From Halocafeteria seosinensis (taxonomy: Eukaryota): 43,767 bases of DNA. The translations under genes were made by a program, and so were the position numbers. This document shows positions 32,406 to 43,767 of this stretch, piece by piece (positions within the stretch are counted from its first letter, which is position 1; the number at the start of each line of letters is the position of its first letter). The DNA lies in contig LVLI01000279.1 in the NCBI GenBank assembly GCA_001687465.1, positions 62,001 to 105,767 on the forward strand, given 5' to 3'. Below the pieces are notes generated by a model. The model ran no database searches and was not told the DNA's origin. It saw only the letters and a program-made list of their open reading frames with translations.

Positions 32406-34907
32406 ATGTTGGCGCGCGAGTTAACAGCAGGATCGCGCGGAATTGGTCGTTCCTCTCACATTACGCGTTCCTTGGGTTCAAATAGCACTCTACCATGTTT
32501 ATATGCTACGGAACGTTGCCTCAGTGTCAGCTGGAGGCGATGGGCCTCGACGTTTGAGTATCAAACGAGCATGGACCGACTCCCGGTTCCTGACTTGAAC
32601 GATACAGCGCATAAATACTTGAAATCACTGCTTCCCCTCCTGGATGATTCGGATTTCGAGCATGAGAACAATGTGGTCAGCAAATTTTGTGACCCAGGAG
32701 GTCCTGGACCGTTCCTTCAAGAAAAACTCCAAGTAAGACTAGCGTAGTCGGGCGGGGAGGGAATTTTGACTGCAATTAATTCCTTCGCTCTATTGGTTGC
32801 AGCAACGCGCTTCCGAAGAACTGAATTGGTTGGAAAAATACTGGGATAACATGTACTTGTCTTTACGCGATCCAATACCGGTGAATGTACCTTACTTTCT
32901 GCAATTCAAGGATGTACCGCGATCATCCATGTTCCCAGGAGGTGAGCTGCAGTACACAGCTCATATAGTGTCCAAGTTTCTGGAATTCAAGGGGCTGATT
33001 GATAGGTAAGCAAGAGCCGTAGCTAAGTATGAAAGCAAGAGATGTGAGTCGAATACATTCTCCATTGGATAATTTCTCTCAGGGAAGAGCTAGAGCCTGA
33101 TGTAGATGGGAAGGGTAATCCGATGTGCATGAACCAATTCGCACGGTTATTCAATCACGCCCGTATACCTCGCAAGGGCATTGATGAACTGGTACGGGCA
33201 TGAGGTTGGTTTCGCACATGGTTGGTATTTTGTTTACCCGGAGGATGCTGCTCGACTTTGCAGAAGTGTTATCATGCCGCTCCTGCGGCTTTGAAATATA
33301 GGCACTTCGCAACTGAACACATCGATGATGTTCCGAATAATCATATACTCGTGATTTGTAATAAGCACATGTATACCGTCAATGTAGCAGATGATAACGG
33401 TCCTTATAAGGCTGAAAGGATCGAAGTTTCACTTCGGGGCATTGCCGAAGATGCTTCTCGTAGGGGGCCTAACCCACATACAGTCCAGACGTTAACGTAT
33501 GCAAACAGAGACCTGTGGGCAGAGGCTCGGGAAACACTATTTCAGTCTTCAGATACAAACCGGGAATCTCTAGAAGCTATCGATAGTGCATTATTTGTCG
33601 TTTGTCTTGACCAATTCGAAGAGTATGGAAAGCGAGAGGCCCAGGTGCCAGATAACACTGATAGTGTTGCCCAAAACAACGTGGCTCACCGCTTAATGTT
33701 GGGAGAAGCCGGTAATAGGTGGTACGATAAGCATCAATTATGTGTTTTCCCACAATTGCGTGCAGGAGTTACTATGGAGCATGCTCCTGGCGACGCAACA
33801 CCAGTACTCAAGATGTTGGATTGGGCTATAGATAAACTTCACGCAAATTCGGATCAACCATTTTCTCCTGATCAAACCATCAAGGACTTTAAACGTCTAA
33901 CTTTTGATATACCAGAAAGCGTGCAGCAAAAAATAGAGCATACTACAGATAGTGTACACGAGACGGAAGATGATGTCACGACGCAAACTCTTTCGTTTCT
34001 GCAATTCGGATCCGACCATATCAAGAAACAGCTTGCTTTCCCTCCTGATACATTCGTTCAAGTAAGCAAGAAGCAAGATGACCTCGATTGCTCTACTTTC
34101 CGTTCCAGTGCTTTTACTCGTGTGCAGCTGGCTATTGGACTTGCGTGGCAAAAGCTTTACGGATTTAGCACTCCGCAATATGAGTCTGTCGCAACTCGTG
34201 GGTTTCTGCACGGTCGAACTGAAGCAATGAGGAGTACCTCCATCGAGTCCATGTTATTTTGCCAATCTATGGAAACCCCTAAATTTATGACAGCTGAAAA
34301 GGTACGCATTCAATACATGTAGTCATGTTCTTCCAGATGATGAATCTTTTCTACCGCTGCAGAGGAGGAGCCAAATGGCACGGCTGAAGGAAGCCGCTCA
34401 GTCTCACCAACTACTAATATCTGACTGTAAAGTGCGTATTCTTACCAAAACTTTCCTTTCCTTGATACAATTATGAGACTGAATCTGTTTGCGACAGCAA
34501 GGGAAAGGAATTGACCGCCATCTTTATGGTCTCATGAATATTGCGAAAGAAGAGCAGATCGATCCGCTTCCCGAGCTTTTCCATTCCAAAGGGTTCCGCG
34601 AAAGCTCAACATGGAGGTATGTCCCGGGCTCCGTGTTAATGATTCCGCTGGTATTTTCATCGTCACTTGAGTTCGCAGACTGTCTACATCTAATGCCGGT
34701 ATCCCCGCTTTACAACGGTTCGGATACGGCCCCGTATCACCTGATGGCTATGGTGTCGGCTACATGGTGCATCCCGAAAAATTGATGTTTGATATTACGG
34801 CTTTCAGGAAATGCGAGACTCGACCTATGGATGCCAAGGAATACGCCGCGGCACTTCGGGAGTCCTTTGAAGAAATGGAACGGATGTGTCTCGATCAACC
34901 GTCATAA
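32406..34907 (+). CDS. Choline/carnitine O-acyltransferase family protein (CrAT/CPT2-like), probably mitochondrial, 675 aa
   Basis: Exons 32406-32732, 32803-33005, 33083-33191, 33264-34061, 34128-34301, 34363-34431, 34498-34616, 34679-34907, all GT-AG and in frame. Motifs RLPVPDL, NWLEKYW, PMCMNQF..RIP, NRWYDK, catalytic EHAPGDA, YESVATRGFLHGRTE, GKGIDRHL, LSTSN, GYGPVSPDGYGVGY. The N-terminus is Arg/Ser-rich and presequence-like. Confidence 0.93.
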
Positions 34908-35239
34908 CTTAACTCATGGTCAGGAAGTTCTGACGGGAAACAACTTGAATCCTGTTGTGATAGATACCACTCTGAGGGTTTTCCTCTCGAGTCAATGGTG
35001 GATAGTATCAGTTTTGGAAAGAACACTGAAAATAATGCAACACTTGTCGCTTCACGCTTGTATGTAATGTAGCTGGTTCGTTTCCAACTTGAAATTTTGT
35101 AAGCTTTCCAAGGACGCATAGTTTGAAGTTGCGTATGCTTGAAGTGACACGGGAATTGTTGTCGCTTATTGCGTTCCATTGCACCAAGACTGTTTGAGTA
35201 GTTTGTCAGTTAGGAACCCTACTTGTATTGCAGTTGATC

Positions 35240-37054
35240 ATGTCGTCTGCACCTGCACAGTCGAGCCGCGGTGGCGGCAATTGGCGACGCACCACTGTCT
35301 ATGCGACCATAGCCGCCGCAGCGGCCACTGGAGGCGCTTTCCTGGCCTATAAATACTATAAACACCATAAATATTCCGGCAAAGAGTCAGGGTCCTCCTC
35401 GACGACCTCATCAGGTCCAAGAAAAGATGGCGGAGCTCAGGGAACGAAACACTTGAAGGAAGAACAGAAATTCCAGCTCCTGCTCGACAACATCTACATC
35501 CCTGGAATTCATGGTCCACAGGACATTGTGCCTCTTTCGAAGAATCCGGTCGAAGTGGTCGACGCCATTTCGAGGAACGAGAATCTGCAGGAAGATTCGG
35601 GAAAATACAGTGTGCGAAACTTGATCCTCATGCTGCGAACAGCTGTCGGTCAAAGCACGTTCAGTATGTAATAGTGTCTGGAAGTTTGGAATTTTGACTG
35701 AGTCCGAACTAATGGATATAAATTGCAGATCGTCTTCGAGAAGCATCCAGAGATCTTGGTATCGTAGAGTCGTTGTGTGACCGAGTTGTCAACGGACTCT
35801 CTTGTGGTCATGGACGAGTCCCGTTGTATCTGTATTCGACGGCGGAGGAACATGAATTAGCAGGCAAGGATAAAAACATCGGAAATAACTATGACATTTG
35901 CAGTTGCTTGGATCCATCGACTTCTTTGTTGCGTAAGTGTAATCGATTGAAAGTACCGGTCATGGTAGGAAGAGGTTTCACCAAGTTATGGGTGCAGAAA
36001 TTTGCGACGCCGTAGTGAGGCAGCTGGCTGCAACTGCATTAATTAACTATGCTTCAGACCAATCCTCACAAGAACGCATTTACGAGTGCAGTTGTTGCAT
36101 TGATGTTGGAGAGAGAACGATGTTCCTTCATTGGCTGGAGCAGTACCTGTGGATATCCACCGACATATCCAATATTTCGCGCCCGAAAGACATCATCGTC
36201 TACTGTGAGCCAAATTGCAGGAGTATGGAGGAGTCTGTGCTGAACACGTCCAAACTTTATTTGCGAGATCGACTACTACATGTTGCGTTGTTGAAAATTC
36301 TTGGGAATTTCGCCATGATTCCTCATGGAGTACGCATTCTAACCAACGAAAATTTAGCGAACGTATTGGCTGGTTACGTGTCGAGGTCTGCGTCTCCAAC
36401 TATTTCAAAGAAACTTATACCGCTAAATCTAACTGACACATTATCCAGTAGCAAAGGAAATGTGGATCTTTCCTTGCAAGCTATCAAAGCGTTGGTAAAC
36501 ATTGCCAATGATGAACATGGTGTTGGCTCCCTGACTACAAGTATACCTATTGTGATGGAGACTGCGAAGAATAGCATACTAAATCTGGACAATCTAGATG
36601 CGTCTACTCGACAGGAGGAAGATACTCACTCTAAGGATCTCGCATCTCCAGACTTATCGGACCCGGCATTAGAGAAGGTGTGCATCCTCATTGCTCGTAT
36701 CACTAACACAGGTGAGTCCCCGATTCCCTTTGTGCGAGGGTTTTGGCTTCGCTTGTTACTATTTCTTCTTGCTTGCTCTCAGATGCTGCAATTCAAAAGT
36801 TACTAGCTTCCTCTCCCACTGATGCTCTCGTAGAAACCTTAGCGCTTACTGTGTTCGGCATAATAGATCACTTTACAGTGTACTCGAACACTCGAGAGGG
36901 CAGAGACTCTGACAGGGAAGAGATTTCGCTCTCCGATGCATCAGCTGCAGTACAGGCAGCGGCAACTGCATTAAAACGATTGGCTGATGTAGACTCAGAC
37001 GCGGCGAGAGAAATCGCCCAAATCCAGTCCAAGTTTTACGGCCGTTCCACTTAA
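35240..37054 (+). CDS. N-terminally membrane-anchored ARM/HEAT-like helical repeat protein (537 aa)
   Basis: Exons 35240-35663, 35729-35932, 35998-36711, 36783-37054 join in frame. Signal-anchor-like TVYATIAAAAATGGAFLAYKYYK. ARM-like helices AATALINYA, LLKILGNFA, AIKALVNIA, AATALKRLA. Family not identified. Confidence 0.75.
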
Positions 37055-37393
37055 TTCAGAGGTGTTGAGTTTTTTTGGAATTCGTATCTTGGAGAAGAAA
37101 TTGTATGAGATGGTAACTGCACAGTCTGCACTTACCATAGGGGAACCTTCCATGCTGCTTGTAATCCTATAAGGCGCATAAGGAGGCAAAATACAGTTTG
37201 ACATCGTGAGTGACTAGCTAGTTGTACAGTCCTGGTATTCCAGCTGTGCGTCCACAAAAGGAGGTATGACAACTCACAGCGTAAGAATCCCCTGTTTTGT
37301 AAATTTATAAAGAAACTAGTTTACAATAAAAATATACAATTTCTTAGGACTCATAGGTTTGTTACCTGGTCCTCACCTTCGGTATTAAAAAAA

Positions 37394-38816
37394 ATGTCCA
37401 AAATTGAGAAAGATGGCCGTGTGAGGCTCACTTACCAAGAGCTCTCCGAAATGGAGCGTGCATGCCGATTCGGGAAAACGAGACAGGTCAGGGCAATTCT
37501 GGATTCATTCCCATTGGATCCAGACGACAGTCCACGACTCGACGTTAATACTATTGAAATTGGGGTCAGTATCATGTTGTGGTCCGTATGATTCTGGCCG
37601 AATTAAACTTTGCCTTACTCGCTTTTGTACCACAGTCTGGTTGGACACCTCTTCATGTAGCTGGTATGTTATTCATTGGTTACCTTTTTGCCTCCGTATC
37701 ATGGTGTTGAAATTTTAGAAGCTCTGCTTGGGACTCGACAGCACTACATGGTGAGAAGGAAGTGGCACTCCTGCTGGTGGATCACTACCACTTTACAGTC
37801 ACTGCCAAGGATCAAGTACGTTTCTAGGTACAAACATACACTATGAGTGATTGGAAAATTATCGTCAATTCTTTGTTTCCCGTCGTCTTGTCCACAGCGA
37901 GGCTTTACCCCGGCAAATTTAGCACGACAGAGCCACCACTACACACTAGAAAAGGAGCTAAATGATAGGGCTGGGTTGACGACAGCCCCTCCGCCAGTGG
38001 ACACAGATGTGGCTCAGGTATGCAACAGAGTCCTAATCCCGCGAGTATTTAGTTGTGTTGAGAAGCCATTTTGTGGTGTCATTCCTACAGGCTCCTCCCG
38101 AGCAATCCCCGCTTACGGATGTTTTCGAGGGGACAGACTTCCTGGATGAAGAGGAAGAAACGGAGAATAATCGCGCGGAGCATAGCCACGCATCTGATGA
38201 GACTCCCGAAAAACCTATAGATGAGGATACTAAGCAAGTAGAGGCAGACGATCAGTTGGATCCAGAAGCAGGACATGGGGGGAAAGCAAAAAGTCAACGC
38301 CAAGGTCAGACAACTCCCGATACTACGAGTGACATTGCAGTGTGGAAAGTGTCTGCGGATGCTTCTGGTAACACAACTCTTTCAACACCCAAGAAGGAAC
38401 AACGGTACCAAGAAATCAGCGATAGTGCTTCAGTTGCCGGCTCTGCGGTTAGCACGAGTACCCGGAGACCATCTTTCGATGGAACCATGTACCCGTTCGC
38501 TGAAGCTACTCAGGGAATAAAAGATCTCGCGTCTGACTTGTACATGGGTCAGAAACATCGGTATGCACGTAATCCTTCGTTTTGGTCAAAACGGATTACA
38601 AGAAGTAAAATTTCGATTTCGGATGGTCTCCAAGCGGGTGCCCCAAATAAACCCAGCACCGTAAGTGGCCGAAGTATTATTTGCTACCTAGCGTCCCAGC
38701 CAGGACTGTGTGACTTAAAGCGAAGAACAATCGTGTCGAAATTCAAAACTAACCAGCTTCGAGGACAAACTGAGGCAGCTAAAGGGTCTGAGCCACAATC
38801 TAGTGTGCATTTTTGA
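37394..38816 (+). CDS. Ankyrin-repeat protein with acidic/Ser-rich disordered C-terminal half (~340-372 aa)
   Basis: Exons 37394-37564, 37636-37663, 37742-37815, 37898-38017, 38091-38816 give G|SGWTPLHVAALHGEKEVALLLVDH...AKDQ|RGFTPANLA, which matches the ankyrin consensus. A possible extra in-frame intron spans 38661-38756. Confidence 0.82.
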
Positions 38817-38987
38817 ATTCCACCTGCACTTGGGCCATACATACCCTATGTGTCAAACACTTACTTGGGCCATATTTTACCCTCCTGGATTGTCAATTGG
38901 AAATCACGAATACATTCGAATACTCTACCTCTTGTTGTTGTTGAATAGTGTGCGTTTTTGTCCCTACATCTGACAATAGGCGGTAGA

Positions 38988-40650
38988 ATGCTGCAAAGAA
39001 CGACATGTAGACTATGGCATGTGAAGAAGGGGCTTCCAGGGGTTTGTGCCTCTTATTCGCGTCTTTCCCCTCCTTCGTTGCCTCCCAGAAGCTCACTATC
39101 TTTCGTACAACTTACGACAGGTAGGACACAGGCGATTGACCTCGCACTGAGATATCATACAGGCGTGAATAAAGGCCCCGACAACGGAAGAGCAGGCCGG
39201 AGGATACTTCCCTTAGTCCAGAATCTGCCGAATATAGGGCCTTCAAGACATGATACGCTCTCTCCGGCAGGCTCATTCGATTCGCCATCTTTGAATTACT
39301 CTGGGAGACGACATTTCTCTGCATTCCCCTCTGTGGGGCCGACAGGACCAGGAGGAAGTGGACCAGGAGGTCCTGGGAATTTTCCTTGGCTTGGAGCTAC
39401 CATAGTGCTAGGAGGTGGTGCTCTGGCGCTCGTCCTTTTATTTGCTCTCGGAAAGTTCATTCTAATTGGCATCTTGTTTGTTGGGGCTCTACTTCTGATG
39501 ATGAAAACGACGAGGTCCACATCGATCGGCCGTCACCTCTCGAGAAGTGTTGGAATCAACCCAAATTCCTTGACGGGGAAACAAATACTGTCCAGCATTG
39601 TCGACTCGGCTCTGATCGTATGTAGCTTCTAATTTGCTCATGTGACTCAAAGGGTTCATTGCATGCTTGGTCCGCTGCAGAGGTTGGGGAAACGGATGCT
39701 TGCAGACCAATATGCGAATCTAACATTCCACGGACTCCTTCAGCAAAAATTGAACGAAAGCATTGCTGTTCAAGAAAAGTTGGGACCCGTTATACTGACA
39801 GATTTCTCCAAAGAGGATGTCTATGGTACGTGGTGATCGGTCCACTGGATACCTATATCTGTTCCTGGGCACTAGAATGTGAATGCCTGCAGACGAAGAA
39901 CCAGGTATTCGAGTAGAGGGGGAAATCAGGAACATTAATGGTAGAATAGTTGGATGGCTTTATTCACAGAGTGGTGTACAGGAGGTTTCTATGTTGGAGC
40001 GAAAAGGTAATTTGTTGGACATTACATGCATGTCGAATGGTTGTGCCAGCGTATTTCAAGAATGCGTATATGTACACAGGCATCAAGGACCGTTTAGTTG
40101 CCGCTTGGGAGAAAATTCGCGAAGGTACGGTTTGCAGTATGCCCCGAGTATTGTATGCGCTAATCTCTTAAACCGTACTTTGCAGGTGGAAAACGGGAAG
40201 AAAAACCTAAGGCAGAACAAGAAGATCTATCGGATACCCTTCAGAGAGCTGTAGAGGCCGTTCCAGAATACATTTACACATTAAATCAGCTAGAGATACA
40301 CGTCACTTCTCCCGTTGATGAAGACGAAGTAGAAGAAATTATAGATTTAACTACCAGCGTGTCTGGGGAATATCGGGCAGGTACGTACGAGAAAATTGCT
40401 ATGGCTCACCAGTATCTGTCCTCATTGGCTATCCCGTCTCACAGTGGAGTTTGCACCTGATTGGGAGGATATACAAGACGATATCCCCAGTGAGTACATA
40501 GATACCTTTGAGAAATTTTACAAATCGCGGCAAGAGTATTACCGACGTCACACCTCTCCTTCCGATCCTGGAAGTGGCAAGACTGAGAGGCGCCATAGTG
40601 AAAGCTCTGGACCATCGGTAATAGACGTGGAATATCGAGAGAAGAAATAG
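38988..40650 (+). CDS. Uncharacterised membrane protein with mitochondrial presequence-like N-terminus (444 aa)
   Basis: Exons 38988-39617, 39681-39825, 39893-40006, 40080-40124, 40186-40380, 40445-40650 join in frame through 61-73 nt GT-AG introns. The N-terminus is R/S/L-rich and acid-poor. A long hydrophobic hairpin reads WLGATIVLGGGALALVLLFALGKFILIGILFVGALLLMM. The C-terminus is VIDVEYREKK. Confidence 0.75.
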
Positions 40651-40665
40651 ATCGCTGTTTTGATT

Positions 40666-41875
40666 CTATGCGTTTAGGGTCTCTTCGGAGAGTACGAAAA
40701 ATGCACGATCAACTTCGGCCCATTCCCTTATGTATCTTTCTAGGCTTGTCGAAGACATCATGCCAGCGAATCTGATTGGCTCATTTGGTCGTACTCTTGC
40801 TCCCAGGTCCATAACTGGCTTCACTTCTCGTTCGTTTCACGCGTCTAATAGCACCCCTCTCTATTGGCATTGACCATGTGAATATAGTTCTCGAGGTCCA
40901 CTGCTTTCCTGTCCCTTCTTTGCCGCATCCCCACCACGCGCTGCAACCGTTCCTCCATCAGTCTGCCATGTTTCCGTAGCTTTGGTTTATTTCAGTACCC
41001 TTCAGAGTTTGCATGCGGGAGCTCGATCGTTTTCTCATGTTTCCTGTAGCGCGTTCTAACTCTCACACGGTCCCAGTGAGCCATAGTGGAGGCTTTTTGC
41101 GGTATGCTCATCTCCGCCACTTGCTTAATCGTTTTTCGCGCCCCGCAATATGCGTTGCTTCCGTTGCATGGTCAGTGGTTACTGTACAACGTTGTACTAT
41201 AGCCAATCCCCTTCGTGGTCCGTGATGCATAGTACCGGCCCGTCATCTTGCCAGTTTTGCGCACCATGACATGGTGACCATGTTAGTTACCACCTGGTTG
41301 TCTCGTGATTGAGTTGCTCATTGACATGCTCAATAGCCTCATCGTAGCCTGTAATGCTAGATTCCCAGTAGCTTCCTTTAGTACCGCCAATTCCAGAATT
41401 TCCAGTGTGGTTCGTTTGAAATTCTTCATCGCCGTCCCGGACTCCCAACAGTACGATGTCTGTGCGTTCGATGGACATGATATTTTTCTGGCGGAATGAT
41501 AGGGTTTGATCGTCTTTGCTTATGTCTAGATCCTCTAGGAACCAAGGCTTTCGTCTTGTCCAGACTGGATCAGCTGCTTCTTGTTGACGGACGCTTCAGC
41601 AGACACTCCCTGGATACCAGGTCATCCAGATAGGGCGTGATAATGCAGACTGGGTATGCCTCCGCTACCTTTATTAGTGGATTTGTGGGGCACATGGGAG
41701 ACACGTCTGTGAGTGCTCGAATGAGTCGACTTCCCATGCCAACACGTTGCCATCCCCGTCTTAGCTCAGTACGTACTACGTATGCCAGGAGGCTCGAGAC
41801 GTATTTCTTCAGAGCCTGGGAGTAGGAACGGTACATGGCGTTGTAAGCATTTGTTAGTTCCATCGAGATCGTCAT
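40666..41875 (-). pseudogene. Probable decayed gene: protein-like fragments in shifting frames
   Basis: Successive minus-strand fragments are separated by frameshifts or stops that short GT-AG introns do not explain: MELTNAYNAMYRSYSQALKKYV.., QEAADPVWTRRKPWFLEDLDISKDD..MSIERTDIVLLGV.., LMEERLQRVVG.., ..SLERYIREWAEVDRAFFVLSEETLNA*. No family recognised. Confidence 0.3.
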
Positions 41876-42746
41876 GGTCGCTACTCACCGTGTCGCTGGT
41901 TCCTCGCTGACAGCTGCGTGATCGCCTTCTGTGCCGATGGCAAACCCAAGAGCTCACACACGTGTTTAGTAACTGTTGTTTGAATTCTTGTGTTACCGTC
42001 GGGGATGTGGCATACATGTATGTGAGTCGGAAGAGGGTCCAGCGCCTAGCTTGTACGATTGTGACGTACATGTCAATAGTTACAGCCTAAGAGTCCTTTG
42101 GGAGTTCTTAAAGAACAGTTCGCAGGTGTAGAACCTCGAAATTGCTGCTATGGAGTGCATGAATGTTCACGCCACTGAATCGGTACGCGCAGGTGGAGCT
42201 GCAGTGCAGCTACTAGCTGAACCGGCGGTCGTGAACTTTCGTGCCAACCTTATGCAGAGTAAGTCGACCGATTACTCTAGACAAAGATAAAAAATACAAA
42301 TTCCCAGACCACAGTTTTTATTCCAGGGACGCTAGCAAATTCTTATAGATTCTGCACAAGCACCAGCTGTGTAACCTGCTGGTGAACTTCCACGAGACCA
42401 AGATCATCGGAGATGTGCATCAGTGTTCCTCCTACCGGAAGAAGTTTAGCCTACATGCTACGCTAGGCCGTGTGATTATCCGGAAAACTGTGTCTTACGG
42501 GCGGGTGGAAATAAATGTGTAAGACGAAAAAAAGTCGCTGTATGCCAGTGCAGCCTTAGTTTGGACGAGTAAATGAGTTACGGTGTTCAACTCGCTTGAA
42601 GCAACCCTGGTACCCTGAAGCATTTGTCCCGCTCTTACATGCCGCACTGCAATTCCTATGAATAGGATTGTTTCAGCCTATTTTGCCCACAGGGTAAATC
42701 ACTACAGAGCTTCTTGGGACAAACAAGATAGCTGATTTCCACAAAA

Positions 42747-43767
42747 ATGCCAACAATATTCCATTGTCCCGCAATTGCGGTTTTCGACATACTCATTTGT
42801 TCGGCTGTCCTCGGAAACGTAGTTATCGATGATTTCGAGGACAGTGACCTCTCTGCGTATAGTGGGGAGAAGAAATTCTATTCTATTGCTTCAGACTGGA
42901 GCTACAATGGGAAACAGTCGCTGCACGTGAATTTTGATGACAAGACTGCCTCCGACCCTCCAGTCCTCTACTCTATTAGCGGACTGAATGCTTTTCCTCA
43001 GAGGGGCGCAACCATTCGTTTAATATACAAGGTGATCGATTTTTCTGAGGGCGCCTGGTGCGATGCACGGATATTTTTTTGTTTCGGAGGAGCGGATCAA
43101 GGAAATACCTACTGCTCACAGCATACGTTTGGGAAAGATCCTCACGGCAGTTCAGTTGGGCTGTATCTGAAAAAGTTCAAAGGAGGAGGTAGTAGCACTA
43201 TTGCGAGTTCCGGTACCGATAATGCACCTACCGGAACCGGAACATATTCCTTTGAAATAGAGTATGGGAATCCGCAAATTACAGTCCGTTTATATGAAGG
43301 AGAGTGGAAAACGTTAAAACAGGAGGTCTGGGGGGACGATGCAGAGTTTAACAGCAAAGGTGTCGGTTATATGGTGCACCACGGTGGCTGCACACCTAGC
43401 GAAGGGCATGTCAACGCAAAAATAGACTACGTACACGTCCATAAAGAATGTGGAGTGGGCGCCGAGCCAGACGACATGGGCACATCCTGTGCACCTTGTG
43501 CCGCTTATGAATACGCCGGCACCGGTGTATCCGCATGCAAAGCCTGTGGCACCGGAAGCATTCCACTTGCCGACCAAAGTGGATGTCAATCTTGCAAGTC
43601 TTATGAGTATTCGGGTAAAGAAGACGATCAGTGTCACTCTTGTAGTGTCGGCGAGATCCCTGTAGACGATCAAAGTGGATGTACATCTTGCAAGTCTTAT
43701 GAGTATTCCGGTAAAGAAGACGATCAGTGTCACTCTTGTAGTGTCGGCGAGATTCCTGTAGACGATC
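42747..43767 (+). CDS. Secreted/surface protein: ConA-like beta-sandwich candidate followed by CxxC repeats; 3'-truncated and absent from the ORF track
   Basis: AAAAATG at 42747 opens a stop-free frame of 340 codons to the window end: MPTIFHCPAIAVFDILICSAVLG|NVVIDDFEDSDLSAYSG...SISGLNAFPQRGATI...DDAEFNSKGVGY...KIDYVHV, then ECGVGAEPDDMGTSCAPCAAYEY.. and tandem QSGCxSCKSYEYSGKEDDQCHSCSVGEIPVDD units. Confidence 0.87.
   Translation, partial: MPTIFHCPAIAVFDILICSAVLGNVVIDDFEDSDLSAYSGEKKFYSIASDWSYNGKQSLHVNFDDKTASDPPVLYSISGLNAFPQRGATIRLIYKVIDFSEGAWCDARIFFCFGGADQGNTYCSQHTFGKDPHGSSVGLYLKKFKGGGSSTIASSGTDNAPTGTGTYSFEIEYGNPQITVRLYEGEWKTLKQEVWGDDAEFNSKGVGYMVHHGGCTPSEGHVNAKIDYVHVHKECGVGAEPDDMGTSCAPCAAYEYAGTGVSACKACGTGSIPLADQSGCQSCKSYEYSGKEDDQCHSCSVGEIPVDDQSGCTSCKSYEYSGKEDDQCHSCSVGEIPVDD
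43575..43767 (+). repeat. Coding tandem repeat, 96-bp unit (32 aa), 2 copies visible and running off the window
   Basis: Units 43575-43670 and 43671-43766 differ at 4 of 96 positions (CAA/ACA, TCG/TCC, ATC/ATT). A more diverged unit precedes them. Confidence 0.92.

Noticed and set aside
41380..41410. HTGNSGIGGTK as the Walker A of a Crinkler/RHS-type NTPase
   Set aside because: It lacks the GK(S/T) and the preceding hydrophobic strand.
43575..43767. CRISPR-like array
   Set aside because: The units are contiguous in-frame 96-bp coding repeats with no unique spacers, in a eukaryotic context.

Overview
Gene-dense eukaryotic (protist-like) DNA read with the standard code and short GT-AG introns of mostly 61-86 nt. 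About 60% of the window is two same-strand, collinear, diverged paralogues encoding giant type-I membrane proteins. Paralogue A is 5'-truncated (<2..8422); paralogue B is 10133..27689, about 5826 aa after splicing one intron. Each has thousands of residues of CPxG(F/Y)xC (GCC2_GCC3/ephrin-receptor-like) repeats, a shared juxtamembrane domain, one TM helix and a long charged coiled-coil tail. A small 3-exon secreted Cys-containing protein lies between them, and a classical protein disulfide isomerase lies directly downstream. The PDI upstream region is densely self-complementary and includes a predicted oversized 5'-UTR intron. The rest of the window holds an FGGY sugar kinase, a carnitine acyltransferase, a membrane-anchored ARM-like protein, an ankyrin protein, a putative mitochondrial membrane protein and a probable decayed gene. 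At the right edge is a secreted protein that the ORF track misses, with an N-terminal domain resembling haloarchaeal lectin-like domains followed by recently duplicated 96-bp Cys repeats. All exon structures were inferred by eye from splice consensus and frame continuity; no database search was run.
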